Source: the human T2T-CHM13v2.0 reference genome, Homo sapiens. From it: a DNA stretch of 64,000 bases. The notes below the pieces were generated by a model. The model was given only the letters and a program-made list of their open reading frames with translations. It was not told the origin of the DNA and made no database searches. Location: NCBI RefSeq assembly GCF_009914755.1, contig NC_060946.1; one strand, 5' to 3'. A program made the translations under genes and the position numbers. Positions 1 to 14,899 of the stretch are shown here, one piece after another (positions within the stretch are counted from its first letter, which is position 1; each line of letters opens with the position of its first letter).

Positions 1-3000
1 ATGGAAAGGAGTGGAGACAAATGGAGTGGAAGGGAATGGATTGGAGTGGAGTCAAGAGATGTGGAATGGAACAGAATGGAATGGAAAGGAATGGAATCGA
101 ATAGAATGGAATCGATTTGAATGCAGTCAAATGGAATCAAAAGGAATTGAAAGGAATCAAATGAAATCGAATGGAAAAATTGGAATCAAATAGAATCGAG
201 GCGAATGGAATCAAATGGCATCGAATGGAATTGAATAGAATGTGGTGAATTGGAGTGGAGTGGAGTGGAATGGAATGGAATGGATTGGGGTGGAATGGAA
301 TAGAATGGAGTGGAGTGAAGTGGAATGGAGTGGAAGGGATTGGGGTGGAATGGAATAGAATGGAGTGGAGTGGATTGGAATGGAATGGAAAGGAGTGGAG
401 TGCAGTGGAGTGGAACTGAATGGACTGAAATGGAATGGAGTGGAGTGGAGTGGAACGGAATGGAGCGAAGGACAGTTGATAGGAGTGGAGTGGAGTGAAG
501 TGCAGTGGAGTAGAATGGAGTGGAGTGGAGTGGAGACGAATGGAATGGAATGGGAGGGAATGGAATTGAACGGAGTGGAGTGGAAGGCAGTGGAGTGGAG
601 TACAGTGGAATTTAGTAGAGTGGAGTGGAGTAGAACGGAGTGGAGTGGAATGGAATGGTGTGGAGTGGAATAGAGTGGCGTGGAGTGGAGTGGAGTGACG
701 TGGAGTGGAGTGGAATTGAATAAAATGCAATGGAATTGAATATAATCGAATCGCATGGAATCACATGGAATCACATGAAATTGAATCAAATGGATTCGAA
801 TTTAAACGAATGGAATGGAGGGGAGTTGAATGGAATCTAATGGAAAAAATGGAATTCAATGGAATCAAAACAAATGGAATCGAATGGCATTGAATGAAAT
901 CAAATGGAATGCAGTGAAGTGGAGTGGAGTTGAATGGAATGAAGTGGAATGGAGGGGATTGGAATGGAGTGGATTTGAATGGAATGGAATGGAATGAAGT
1001 GGATTAGAGTGAAGTGGAATGGAATGGATTGAAGTGGATTAGAGTGAAGTGGAATAGAATGGAGTGTAATGGAATGGACTGTAATGGAATGAAATAGAAT
1101 GTGGTGAAATGGAGTTGAGTGGATTGCAATGAAGTGGAGTGGAATGTAGTGGAGTGGAGTGGATTGGAGGACAGTGGACTGGAATGGAATGGGATGGAAT
1201 ATAGTGGAAAAGAGTGGCGTGGAGTGGAGTGGAATGGAGTGGAGTGGAGGGGGTTGGAGAGGATGGAGTGGAAAGGAATGGAGTGCAATGGAGTCTAGTG
1301 GAGTAGACTTGAGTAGAGTGGAGATGAGTGTAATGGAATGGAGTGGAGTGGAGTGGATTGGATTGTAGTGGAATGGAATGGAATGGAACGGAATGGAGTG
1401 GAATGGAATAGAACGGAATGCAGTGAAGTGGAGTGGAATGGAGTGGAAAGGAGTGGAGTGGAATGGAGTTGATTGGAATGGAGTTGAGTGGAATGGATTG
1501 GGGTTGAGTGGAATGAAGTGGAGTGGAGGGGAGTGGCATGGAATGGAAAGTAGTGGAGTGGTGTGTAGTGGAGAGGAATGGAATGGAATGGAATGGAATG
1601 GAATAGAATAGAGTGGAGTTCAGTGGAGTATCGTGGAATGAAGAGGACTGGAGTGGAACGGAATAGAGTTGAACGGAATGGAATGGAGTGGAGTGGAGTG
1701 CAGTGGATTGGAGTGAAATTGTATGAAAAGGAGTGCAGTGGAATTTAGTGGAGTGGTATGGAATAGAGTGGAGTGGAATGGAGTGGAGTGGATTGGAGTG
1801 GCGTGGAGTTGAATGGAATAGAATGGAATGGAATGGAATCACATGGAATCACATATAATAGAATGGAATCGAATTCAATCAAATTGAATGGAGTAGAATA
1901 GAATGGAACAGAATCGAATTGAATTGCATGGAAAAAATGGAATCGAATGGAATCGAAACAAATGGAATCGAATTGCATCTAATGGAATAAAATGGAATGT
2001 GGTGAAGTGGAGTGGAGTGGAATGGAGTAGAATGCAAAGGGGTGGAATGGAATGGAATGGAGTGGAGTGGATTGGAGCGGAATGGAGTGGAATGTAATGG
2101 GAAGGATTCTAACAGAACGGAGTAGAGTGAAGTAAAATGGAGTTGGGTGAAATGAAATGGAGTGTAGTGAGGTGGAATGGAGTGGAGTGGAATGTTATGG
2201 AGTGGAGAGGAACGGAGTGGCATGGAATGGATTGAAGAACAGTGGATTGGAATGCCATAGAATGGAATGCAATGGAATGGAATGGAATCACATGGAATCC
2301 CATGGAATCACATGCAATCAAATCGAATGGAATCAAATGGAATGGAGTGGAATCCAATGGAATCAAAAGGAAAAAATGGAATGAAATGTAATTGAATGGA
2401 ATCTAATAGAATGGAATCGATTGATACTGAATTGAATCGAATGGAATGTGGTGAAATGGAGTGGAGTGGATTTAAATGGACTGAAATGGAATGGGGTGGT
2501 ATGGAATTTAACGGAGTGGAGTGTAGTGGCGTGGAACTGAATGGAATGGAATAGCATGGAATCGCATGGAATCACATGGAAATTAACTGAATTGAATCGA
2601 ATTGAATTGAATGGAATCGAATGGAAAAAATTCAATTGAATGCAATCGAATGGAATTGTATCGTATGGAATAGAATGGCATCGAATTGAATGGAGTGCAA
2701 TGTGGGGAATTGTACTGGAGTGGAGTGGAGTGGAAAGGAAAGGGGTGGAATGGAATTGAATGGAGTGGAGTGGAGTGGAATGGAGTGGAGTGCAATGGAG
2801 TGGAATGGAATGGAATGGAATCACATGGAATTGCATGTAAGCGAATGGAAATGAATCGAATCAAATCGAAAGGAATCGAAAGCAATCGAAAGGAATCGAA
2901 AACAATCAAAAGGAATCAAATGGAATTGAATTGACAAAATGGAATTGAATGGAAATGAATGGAATCCAATAGAAAGGAATCCAATGGCATCGAATGGAAT

Positions 3001-6000
3001 CGAATGGAATGCAGTGAGGTGGAGTGGAGTGGAATGGCGTAAAATAGAATGAGGTGGAATGGAATTGAATGGAGTGGAGTGGAATGGAGGGGAATGCAGT
3101 GGAATGGAATGGACGGGAAGGAATGGAATTGAACGGAGTGGAGAGGAATGGAGTGAAGTAGATTGGAGTGGAGTGGACTGGACTGGAGTGGAGAGGAATG
3201 GAGTGGAATGGAATGGTGTGGAATGGAGTGGATTGTAATGGAATGGAGTGAAGAGGAATGGAGTGGAACGCAGTGGAGTGGAGTCGAGTGGAGTGGAGTG
3301 CAATGGAATAGAATGGAATGGAATTTAATGGAATCGAATGGAATGGAATCGAATAGAATGGAATCGAATGGAATCAAATGGAATTGAATGGAATCGAATG
3401 GAATCGAATGTACAAAATGAAATCAAATGGAATTGAATTGAAAGGAATCCAATGGCATCGAATGGAATCGAATAGAATGTGATGAAGTGGAGTGGAGTGG
3501 AGTGGGATGGAGTAGAAAGGAATGAGGTGGAATGGAATTGAATGGAGTGGAGTGGAATAGAGTGAAATGCAGAGGAATGGAATGGAATGGGAAGGAATGG
3601 AATTCAACGGAGTGGAGTGGAGTGGAGTGGATTGGAGTGGACTGGAGTGGAGTGGAAAGGAGAGAAGTGGAATGGACTGGAATTGAATGATGTGGAATAG
3701 AGTGTTATGGAATGGAATGGAGTGAAGAGGAATGGAGTGAAATGGAATGGAGTGGAGTGGAGTGGTGTGGAGTGGAATGGAATTGAATGGAATTGAATGG
3801 AGTGGAATGGAATGGAATCGAATGAAATGGAATCTAATCTAATTGAGTGGAATGGAATCAAATGGAATAAAAAGGAATCAAATAGAATCGAATGGAAAAA
3901 ATGGAATCGAATGGAATTGAATGGAATTAAATCAAATGGAATAGAATGGCATTGAATGGAATCAAATGGAATGAGGTGAAGTTGAGTGGGGATGAGTAGA
4001 ATGGAGTCGAATTGAATGACGTGGAAAGAAATTGAATGGAGTTGAGTGGACAGTAGTGAAATGAAACAGAATGGAATCGAATTGGATGGAATGGAATTGA
4101 ACGGAGTGGAGTGGTGTGGAGTGCAGGTCAATGGAGTGGAATGGAGTGGATTGGAGAGGAATGGAGTCGAGTGGAATGGAATGGAATGGAGTGGAATGGA
4201 GTGACGTGGAGTGGAGTGGAGTGGAGTGGAGTGGAATGGAACAGAATGGAATGGAATGGAATGGAATCACATGGAATCACATGTAATCATTTCAAATCGA
4301 TTTGACTGAATCGAATGGAATGGAATGTAATCGAATGGAATCCAATGGAAAAAATGGAATCGAATGGAATTGAATCTAATGGAAACGAATGGCATCAAAT
4401 GGAATTGAATGGAATGTGTTGAAGTGTATTGGAGTGAAGTGGAATGCAGTGGAAAGAACTGGTTTGGAATGGAAGAGAATGAAGTGGATTGCATTGGAAA
4501 GGATTGGAATGGAGTGGAATGGAGTGGAGTGGAGAGGAGTGGAGTGGAATGGAATGGAATTTGGTGAAGTGGAGAGGAGTGGAATGGAGTGGATTGGAAT
4601 GAAATGGAATCACATGGAAACTCATGGAATTGGATGGAAATGAATCGAATCGAGTCCAATAGAATCAAATGTAATCAAATGCAATCAAATGGAATGGAAT
4701 GGAAAAAAGGGAATCAAATGGAATCAAATGGAATCGAATCAAATGAAATCTAATCTCATCGAATGAAATTAAATGGAATACGGTGAATTGGATTGGAGTG
4801 GGGTGGAATGGAGAGGAATGGAATAGGTTGGAATGGAATTGAATGGAGTGGAAAGGAAAGGAGTGGAGTGGAATGGAATGAAATGAAATGGAACGGAAAC
4901 AAATGCAATTGAATGGAATCGAATGGAATGAAATATATCTAATGGAACGGAATGGAATCGAATGGAATCAAAAGGAATCGAATGGATTCGAATGGGAAAA
5001 ATGGAATAGTGTGGTATCAAATGAAATCGCATCGAATGGAATCGAATGGCATCGAAAGGAATCAATTGGAATGTGGTGAAGTGGAGACGAGTGGATTTGA
5101 ATGGAGTTAAATGGAATGATGTGAAATGGAATTCAATGGAGTGGAGTGGAGTGGAGTGGAGTGGAATGGAAACTAATGACATGGAATGGAAGGGAATTGA
5201 ATGGAATCGAATTGAATGGAATGGAATGGAATCAAATGGAATCAAAAGGAATTGAATGGAATCCATTGGACAAAATGGAATCGAAGAGAAATGAGTGGAA
5301 TTAAATTGAATGGAATCGAATGGCATCGAATTGAATTGAATGGAATGCAGTGAAGTGGAGTGGAGTGGAGGGAAATGGAGAGGAATGGAATGGAGTGGAA
5401 TGGAATTGAATATAATGGAGTAGAGTGGAGTGGAGTGGAGTGGATCGGAGTGGAATGGAAATGAATGGGAAGGAATGGAATTAAACAGAACAGAGCAGAC
5501 TGGAGTGGAGTGAAATGGAGTCGATTGGAGTGGAATGGAGTGGAGTGGAATTGAATGGACTGAAGTGGAATGGAGTGGCTTGGAATGGAGTGGAGTGAAG
5601 TGGAGTGGAATGGAATAGAATGGAATGGAATGGAATGGAATCTTACTGAATTGCATGGAATCACTTGGAATCAAATCGAATGGAATCGAATGGAATCTAT
5701 AGAATGGAATGTAATCGAATATAATCGAACGGCAACAAATTGAATCGAATGGAATGCGGAGCAGTGGAGTGGATTTGGGTGGAATGCAGTGGAATGGAAT
5801 GGGGTGCAATGGAATTGAATGGAGTGGAGTGGAGTGGAATGGAATGGAATAGAATGGAGTGGAGTGGAATGGAATGGAATGGAATTGCATGGAATCGTAT
5901 GGAATTGCAAGGAAACGAATCGAATTGACTGGAATCCAATGGATTCGAATGGAATTTAATGGAATGGAATGAAATGTGGTGAGGTGGAGTCGATTGGAGT

Positions 6001-7964
6001 GGAATGGAGTGGATAGGAATTGAATTGAGAGGAGAGTAGTGGAATGGATTAAAGAGGAATGGAGTGGAACGGAATGGAATGGAATGGAATAGAATTGCAT
6101 GGAATCGCATGGAATCACAGGGAAACGAATCGAATTGAATCAAATCAATCAAATCAAATGGAATTGAAAGGACTGGAATGGAATCAAATGAAAAAATTCA
6201 ACCAAAAGGAATCAAATGGAATTGAACACAATGGAATCGAATGGCAACGAATGGAATGGAAAGAAATGAGGTGAAGTGGAGTGGAGGGAACTGGAAAGGA
6301 GTGGAATGTAAAGGGGTGGAATGGAATTGAATGAAGTGGAGTGGAGTGGAAAGGAGTGGAGTGGAATGGAGTGAAATGGAATGGAATGGAATGGAGTGGA
6401 ATGAAATGGAATGGAATGGAGTGGAATTAAATGGAATGGAATGGAATGGAATCACATGGAATTGCATGGAGACAAATTCAATCGAATCGAATCAAATAGA
6501 GTCCACTGGAATCGAATGGAATCCAAAGAACAAAATGGAATCGAATAGAATAAAATCGAATGCAATCGAGTGGCATTGAATGGAAATGAACGGAAGGCAA
6601 TGAAATGAAGTGGAGTGGATTGGAATGGAGGGAAAGGAATTGTGTGGAATGGAATTGAATGGATTGGAGTAGAGTGGAGTGGAATGGAGTGGAACGTAAT
6701 GGCAAGAGAAAGAATGGAATTGAATGGAATGGAGTGGGGTGGAATCTAGAGGAGTGGAGGGGAATGGAGTGGAGTGGAGCAGAGTGGAGTCGAATGGAAT
6801 GGACTGGAGCAGAGTGGAGTAGAGTGCAGTAGAGTGGAATAGAATGGAGTGGAGTGGAGTGGAGTGAAATGGAATGGAGTGGAATGGAGGGGAGTAGAGT
6901 GGCATGGAGTGGAATGGAGTGGAGTGGAATGGAGTGGAGTTGAGTGCAGTGGAGTCGAATGGAATGGAGTGGAGTGCAGTGGAGTGGAATAGAATGGAAT
7001 AGAATAGAATGAGAAGGACTGGAAATGAATGTAATGGAGTGGTGTAGAGTGGAGTGGAGCTGAGTGGACTGGAGTGGAGTGGAATTGAGTGGAGAGGATT
7101 GGAATGCGTGGAATGGAATGGAAAGAAGTGGAGAGGAATGGAGTGGCATGGAGTAGAGTGAAGTGAAGTGGACTGCAGTGGAATGGAATAGAATGGAATG
7201 GAATGGAATGGAATCACTTGCAATTGCATGGAATCGAATCAATTGGAATCAAATAGAATCGAATGGATTGGAATCGAATTGAAAGGATTGGAAAAAATGG
7301 AATTGAATGGAATCAAATCAAATGTAATCTCATGGAATTGAATGCAATCCTATGGAATCGAATGGAAAAAATGGAATCGAATGCAATTAAATGGAATCAA
7401 ATCGATTTGAATCGAATGGCATCGAATGGAATGTGGAGAAGTTGAGTAGAGTGGGGTGGAGTGCAATGGAGTGGAGTGGAATGGGATGGAATGGAATTGA
7501 ATGGAGTGGAGTGGAGTGGAATGGAAACTAATGGAATCGCATGGAATCACAAGGAATCGCATGGAAGTGAATAAAATTAAATCAAATCGAATCATATGCA
7601 ATCAAATGAAATCAAATGGAATCGAACGGAAATAATTGAATACAATGGAATCAAAAGGAATCAAAGCGGATGGAATCGAATGGCTTCGAATGGAGTGGAA
7701 TGGAATGCGTTGGAGTGGAATGGAGTGGAAAGAATTAGAATGGAATGGGGTGGAATGGAATCGAATGGAATGGAGTGGAGTGGAATAGAGTGGAAAGGAA
7801 TGGAATGAAAATGAATGGAAATGAATGGAGTGGAGTGGAGTGGAATGCAATGGAATGGAAAGGAATAGAATGGAATGGAATGCAATGTTATTGAATGGAG
7901 TGTAGTGGTTTGGAGTGGAATGGACTGGAATGGAATGGAATGGCAAGGAATGCAATTGAATGGA

Positions 7965-8085
7965 GTGGAGTGGAGTGGGGTGGAATACAATGGAATGGAT
8001 TGGAATGGGGTAGAGTGGAGTGGAGTGGAGTGGGGTGGAATACAATGGAATAGATTGGAATGGGGTAGAGTGGAGTGGAGTGGAG
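7965..8085 (+). repeat. 55-bp local tandem duplication (2 copies)
   Basis: The marker GGGGTGGAATACAATGGAAT(G/A)GATTGGAATGGGGTAGAG recurs, with TACAA at 7986 and 8041. Confidence 0.8.
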
Positions 8086-8414
8086 TAGAGAGGAATGAAA
8101 TGGAATGGACTGGAAGGGAATGGAATCGACTTGATTGGAATGGATGGGAATGGAATGGACTGGAATGGAAAGAACTTGAATGGAATGGAATGCAATGGAA
8201 AGCACTCAAATGGAACGGATTCGAATGGAAAGGAATCAAATGGAATGGACTGGAATGGAATGGACTGAAATGGAATGGAAATGAATTGAATGGATTGAAT
8301 AGAATAGAATCGAATGGAATAGAATCAAATGACATCGAATGGCATCCAATGGGCTTGAATGGAATGCGATGATGTTGAGTGGAGTGGAAATGAGTTGAAT
8401 GTAATGGAGTGGAA

Positions 8415-8555
8415 TGGAATTGAACGGAGTAACTTGAAGTGGAGTGCAATGGATTGGAATGGATTGGAATGGGAAGGAATGGAATTGAATGGAGTAACTT
8501 GAAGTGGAGTGCAATGGATTGGAATGGATTGGAATGGGAAGGAATGGAATTGAAT
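8415..8555 (+). repeat. 65-bp local tandem duplication (2 copies)
   Basis: The rare marker GGAGTAACTTGAAGTGGAGTGCAATGGATTGGAATGGATTGG recurs, with AACTT at 8431 and 8496. Confidence 0.85.
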
Positions 8556-11500
8556 GAACTGGAGTGGAGAGGATTGAAATGGAGTGGAATGGACTGGACT
8601 GGAATGGAATGGAATGGAATGGAATGGAGTGGAGTGGAATGCAGTGCTGGGGAATGGAATGGAATGGAATGGAATGGAGAGGAGTGGAGGGTAGTGGACT
8701 GGATTGGACTGGAGTGGAGTGGAGTGGAATGTAATGCAATGGAGTAGAGTGGAGTTTAGTGGAGTGGAATAGAGTGGAGTGGAGTGGAGTGGAATGGAGT
8801 GAAGTGGAAATAAATGCAGTAGAGTGGAGTGAAGAGGAGTGGATAGAATGGAGTGGAATCGAACGGATTAGATAGGGATGGAATACAATGCAGTGTAAAG
8901 GAATGGAATGGAATGGAATGGAATGGAATCGAATAGAATGGAATGGATTGGAGAGGAGTACAGTGAAGTGGAGTGGAGTTGAGTGGCATGGAGTGGAATG
9001 TAATGGAATAGGAAGCAATGGAATTGATTGGAGAGGAGTGGAGTGGATAGGATTTTAATGGACTGGAATGGAATGGACTGCAATGGAATGGAATGGAATG
9101 GACTCGAATGGAATGGACGTGAATGGAATTGAATTGAATCGAATGGAATACAATCAAATGAAATGGAAAAGAATGGAATCGAATGGAATCAAATGGAATG
9201 CAGTGAAGTGGAGTGGAGTGGAGTGAAAAGGAGTGGAATGGAATGGGGTGGAATGCAAAAGAATGGAGTGGAGTTGAGTGCAGGGAAGTGGAGGGGAATG
9301 GAGTGGAATGGAATGGAAAAAGAAGGAATGGAATTGAACTGAGTGGAGTGGAGCGGTGTGGAGTGAAATGCAATGGAATGGAATTGAATGGAGTGCAGTG
9401 GAGCGGAGTGGAATTGAATGGAATGCAATGGATTGGAATGAAGGGACTGGAATGTAATGGACACGAATGGAATGGATTCGAATGGAATTGACTGTAATGG
9501 ATTGGAATAGAATATAACAGAATGGAATGGAATGGAAGGGAAGGGAATGCAATGGTATGGGATCGGAAGGAATGGAATCGAATGGAATGGAATCAAATGG
9601 AATGGGATTGAAGGGCATACAAAGGAATCGAAAGGAATCAAATGGAATCAAATGGGTACTAATGGAATGCGGTGAAGTGGAGTGTAGTGCAGTGGAATGG
9701 AATTGGATGGAATGGAATTTAATATAGTCGAGTGGACTGGAGTGGGATGGACTGAAATTGAATGGGAATGGATGGAATTGAATGGAGTTTAGTGCAGTGG
9801 AGTGGAGTGGAATACAACAGAATGGAATGGAATGAAATTGAATGGAGTGGAGTGGAGAGGAATTGAAAATTTCGGAATGGAATGGATTGCAATGGAATGG
9901 AATGGAGTGGAATAGAATGGACAGGATTGTGTTGAAATTGAGTGGAATGGAATGGAGTGAAGTGGAATGGAATGGAAAAGAGTGGAGTGGAATGGAATGG
10001 TAAATAAGGTAATGGAATGGAATGGAGTGGAGTTGAATGGAATGGAATGGAGTGGAGTTGAATGGAATGGAATGGAATGGAGTGGAGTTGAATGGAATGG
10101 AATGGAATCGAATGGAATGGACTCAAATGGAATGGACTCGAATGGAATGGAATCGAATGGAATGGAATAGAATGGAATGGAATCAAATGGAATGGAAACG
10201 TGGAATTCAATTCAATGGAATGGAATCGATTAGCTTCGAATGGAATGCGGTGAAGTGTAGAGTGGAGTGGAATGGAGTGAAATGCAATGGGGTGGAAGGG
10301 AATTGAATGGAGTGGAGTGGAGTGGAGTGGACTGGAGTGGAGTAGAGTTTAGTGGAGTGGAGTGGAATCGAAAGGATTGGAATGGAATGGACTGGAGTGG
10401 AGTTGAGTGGAGTGGAAGTGAGTGGAGAGGAGTAGAATGGAATGGATTGCAGTGGAATGGAGTGCAGTGGAGTGGAATGGAATGGAATGGAAAAGAGTGG
10501 AGAGGAGTTGAGTGGACTGTACGGGAGTGGAGTGGAATGGAAATGAGTGGAGAGGAGAGGAATGGAGTGGAGTGGAGTTGAATGGAGTGGAGTGGAATAG
10601 CATGGAGTGGAGAGGAATGGAATGCAGTGGAGTGGAGGGTGGTGGAGTGGAGTGGAGTGGAATGGAATGGAAAGGAATTAAGTGGAGGTGACTGGGATGG
10701 AATGGAATGGAGTACAATGGAATGGATTACTGTGGAATGGAATGGAATTGAATGGAATGGAATGAATTGTAGTGGAGTGGAGTGGAGTCAAATAGAATAG
10801 TGTGGAATAGAATGGAAAGGAATGCAATGGAATGGAATGGAATTGAGAGGAGTGGCGTGGAGTGGAGTTGAATGCAGTGGAATGGAATGGAATGGAATGG
10901 AATGGAATGGAATGGACATAAATGGAATGGATTCCAGTGGAGTCGAATTGAAAGGAATGGAATAGAATAGAATGGAATCGAATGAAATGGAATTGAATGG
11001 CATCAAATGGAATCGAAAGGAAAGCGGTGAAGTGTAGTGGAGTGGAGTGAAATGGAGTGGAATAGAATGTGGTGCAATGGAATTGAATGGAGTGGAGTGG
11101 AGTGGAATGGATTGAATGGAATGCAATGGGAAGGAATAGAATTGATCGGAGTGGAGTGGAGCGGAGTAGAGTGGAATGGAATGCAATGGAATGGAATGGA
11201 ATGGAACGGAATGGAATGGAATGGAACGGAATGATATGGAGTGGAGTCGAATGGAATGGAATTGAATGGAATGGAATGGAATGGAGAAGAATGGAACGCA
11301 GTGGAGTGGAGTGGAATGGAATGGACTCGAATGAAATGGACTGGAATGGAATGGAATCGAATGGAATGGACTCAGATGTAATGGACTCGAATAGAATGAA
11401 ATCAAATAGAATTTAATCGAATGGAATGGAATCAAATGGAATGGAATCAAATGGAATGGAATCTAAAGGAATCGAATCTAATGAAATGGAATGCGTTGAA

Positions 11501-11582
11501 GTGTAGTGCATTGGAGTGGAATGGAATGAGGTGGAACGGATTTGAATGGAATGCAGTGGACTGGAGTGGAATGTTGTGGAAT

Positions 11583-11940
11583 GGAATGGAGTGGGAAGGA
11601 ATGGAACTGAACGGTGTGTAGTGGAGTGGAGCGGAGTTGAGTGGAATGCAATGAAATGGAATGGAGTGGATTGGAGTGCAATTGTGCGGAATGCAGTGGA
11701 GTGGAGTGGAATCAATAGGAATGCAATGGAGTGGATTGTAGTGGAAAGGAGTGGACTGGAATGGAGTGGGAAGGAATGGAACTGAACGGTGTGTAGTGGA
11801 GTGGAGCGGAGTTGAGTGGAATGCAATGAAATGGAATGGAGTGGATTGGAGCGCAATTGTGCGGAATGCAGTGGAGTGGAGTGGAATCAATAGGAATGCA
11901 ATGGAGTGGATTGTAGTGGAAAGGAGTGGACTGGAATGGA
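11583..11940 (+). repeat. 175-bp near-perfect tandem duplication
   Basis: ACGGTGTGTAG at 11611 and 11786; CAATTGTGCGG and ATCAATAGG are also repeated. I saw one substitution (GTGCAATT vs GCGCAATT). Confidence 0.92.
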
Positions 11941-14899
11941 AGGCAATGGAAAGGATTGGGAACGAATGGAATTGAACAGCGTTTAGTGGATTTGACTAGA
12001 GTGGAATGCAATGAAGGGAAAGGAGACGAGTGGAATGGAATTGAATGGAATGGAATGGAATCGAATGGAATGGACTGGATTGGAATGGACTGGATTGGAA
12101 TGTAGATGAACGGAAGAGAATCGAATGGAATGGACTCCAATGAAATGGAATCGAACGGAATGGAACCGAGTGGAATGGAATCGAATGGAATGGACTCAAA
12201 TGGAATGGAATCGAATGGAATGGAAATGAGTGGAATGGACACCAAAGGAATGGACTCGAACGGTATGGAATTGAATGGAATGGAATCGAAAGGAGTGGAA
12301 TGGAATGGAATGCAATGGAAAGTAATGGAATGGAATAGAATGGAATGGAACGGAATGGAATGGAATGGAATGGAATAGAATGGAATGGAATGGAACTGAT
12401 TAGAATGGAATAAAATGGAATGGAATTGAATTGAATGGAGTCGAATCGAATGGCAATGAATCGAATCAAATGGAATGCGGTGAAGTGGAGTGCAATGGAG
12501 TGGAAAGGAATGGGAAAGTATGGAATAGAATGGAACGGAGTGGGGAGGAGTGGAGCAGAATGCAACGGAAAGGAATGGGAAGGAATGGAATTGAAAGGAG
12601 TGGAGTGGGGTGGAGTGGAGTTGAGTGCAATGGAATGGAATGGAATGCAGTGCAGTGGAATGTAGTGGAGTGGAGTAGTGTGTAGTGGAGTGGAGCAGAG
12701 TGTAATGGAGTGGAATGTAGTGGAACGCAGTGTAGTGGAGTTTAGTGGAGTAGAGTGGAATCGAGTGTACTGGAATGGAGTGGAATGGAATGGACTAGAA
12801 AGAAATGAAATGGAATAGAATGGACTGTAATGGAATGGACGCCAATGAATTGGACAAGAAAAGAATGTATTCGAAAAGAATGGAATGGAATGAATTGGAC
12901 TCAAATGGGATGGACTCGAATGGAATGGACTCGAAAGGAATGGAATGGAAAGGAATGGAATGGAATGGAATGGAATGGAATGGAAAGGAATGGAATGGAA
13001 TGGAATAGAATGGAATGGAGTGAAATGGAAAGGAATGGAATGGAATGGAATGAAATGGAATGGAATCGAATGAAATGGAATGGAGTGTGATGGAGTGAAT
13101 TGGATTGGAATGGAGTTGAATGGAATGGAGTGGAGTGGAATGGATGGGAATGGAGTGTACTGAAGTGGATTCACTTGAGTGGAATGGAAAGTAATGGAAT
13201 GGAATGGAATGGAATGGAAAGGAATGGAATGGAATGGAATGGAATGGAATGGAATGGACCCTAATGGAATAGACCGGAATGGAATGGACTCGAATCGAAT
13301 GCACTCAAATGTACTGGAATCAAACTGAATGCAGTCGAATGGAAAGGAATCGAATGGAATGGAATCGAGTGGAATGGAGTCGAATGGAATAGAACCAAAT
13401 GGAATGGAATTGAATGGAATGGAATCGAAAGGCATCAAAAGCAATCGAATGGAATGCAGTGAAGGGGAGTGGATTGCAGTGGAATGGAGTGGAATGGAAT
13501 GGGTTGGAATGGAATTGAATGGATAAAAGTGCAGTGGAACGGAATGGAATGGAAGAAATGGAATTGAATGGAGTGAAGTGGAGTGGAGTGAAGTGGGGTG
13601 GAATGGAATGGAATGGAATGGAATGGAGTGGAGTGGAGCGGAGTGGAATGCAAATGAATGGAATGGAATGGTGTGGAGTGGAGCAGAGTGGAATGCAAAT
13701 GAATGGAATGGAATGGAGTGATGTAGAGTGGAGTCCATTGGAATGGAGTGGAGTGGAAAGGAATGGACTGGAATGGAATGGAATGCATTTGAGTGGAGTG
13801 GAATGGCATGGCATGGAGTGGAATGGAATGGAATGGAGTGCAGTGGAGTGTAGTGGATTGGAGTGGAGTGAAGTGGAGTGGAGGGTAGTGGAATGGAATC
13901 GAATGGAATGGAATAAAACGGAGTGCAGTGAAGTGGAATGGAATGGAGAAGAATTAAACGGAATGGACTGGAATGGAATGGACTCGAATGGAATGGAATC
14001 GTATGTAATGGAATGGAATGGAAGGGACAGGAATGGAATGGAATGGACTGGAAGGGAAAGGAGTCGACTCGAATGGAATGGAAAGGAATTGACTAGAATG
14101 CAATGGACTCAAATGGAATGGACTCTAATGGAATACAATTGAATGGAATGAACTAGAAAGGAATGGAATCAAGTAGAATGGAATCGAATCGAATAGAATC
14201 AAATGGAATGGAATCGAATTACATCAAATGGATTCGAATTTAATGCATTGAAGTAGAGTGGACTGGAGAGGAATGGAGTGGAATAGAATGGGGTGAATGT
14301 AATTGAATGGAGTGGAGGGGAGTGGAGTGGAATGGATTAGGAATGAAATGGAATGGGAAGAAAATGAATTGCACGGAGTTGAGTGGAGTGGAGAGGAATG
14401 GAGTGGAGTGGAATTGAACGGAATGGAAAGAAATGGAAAGCAATGGAGTTGAGTCGAGTGGAGTGGTTTGGAATGGAATGGAGGGGAGTTGAATGGAATG
14501 CAGTGGAGTGAAGTGGAGTGGAGGGCAGTGGAATGGAATGGAATGGTATGGAATAAAATTGAGTGCAGTGGAGTGGACTTAAATGTGGTGAAGTGGAGTG
14601 GAACGGAGTGGAATGCAATGCGGTGGAAGGGAATTGAATGTAGTGAAATGGAGTGGACTGGAATGGAGTGGAATGGAAAGCAATGGGTAGTAATGGAATT
14701 GAACGGAGTGGAGAGGAGTGCAGTTTAGTGGAATGGAATGTAATGGACAGGAATGGAAAGGAATCGAATGGAAAGGAAATGAATGGAATGGAATGGAATG
14801 GTATGGTATGGAATGGAGTGAAATGGTGTGGAATGGAGTTGAATGGAATGGACTTGAATGGAATGGACTGGAATGGAATGGAATCGAAAGAAATGGAAT

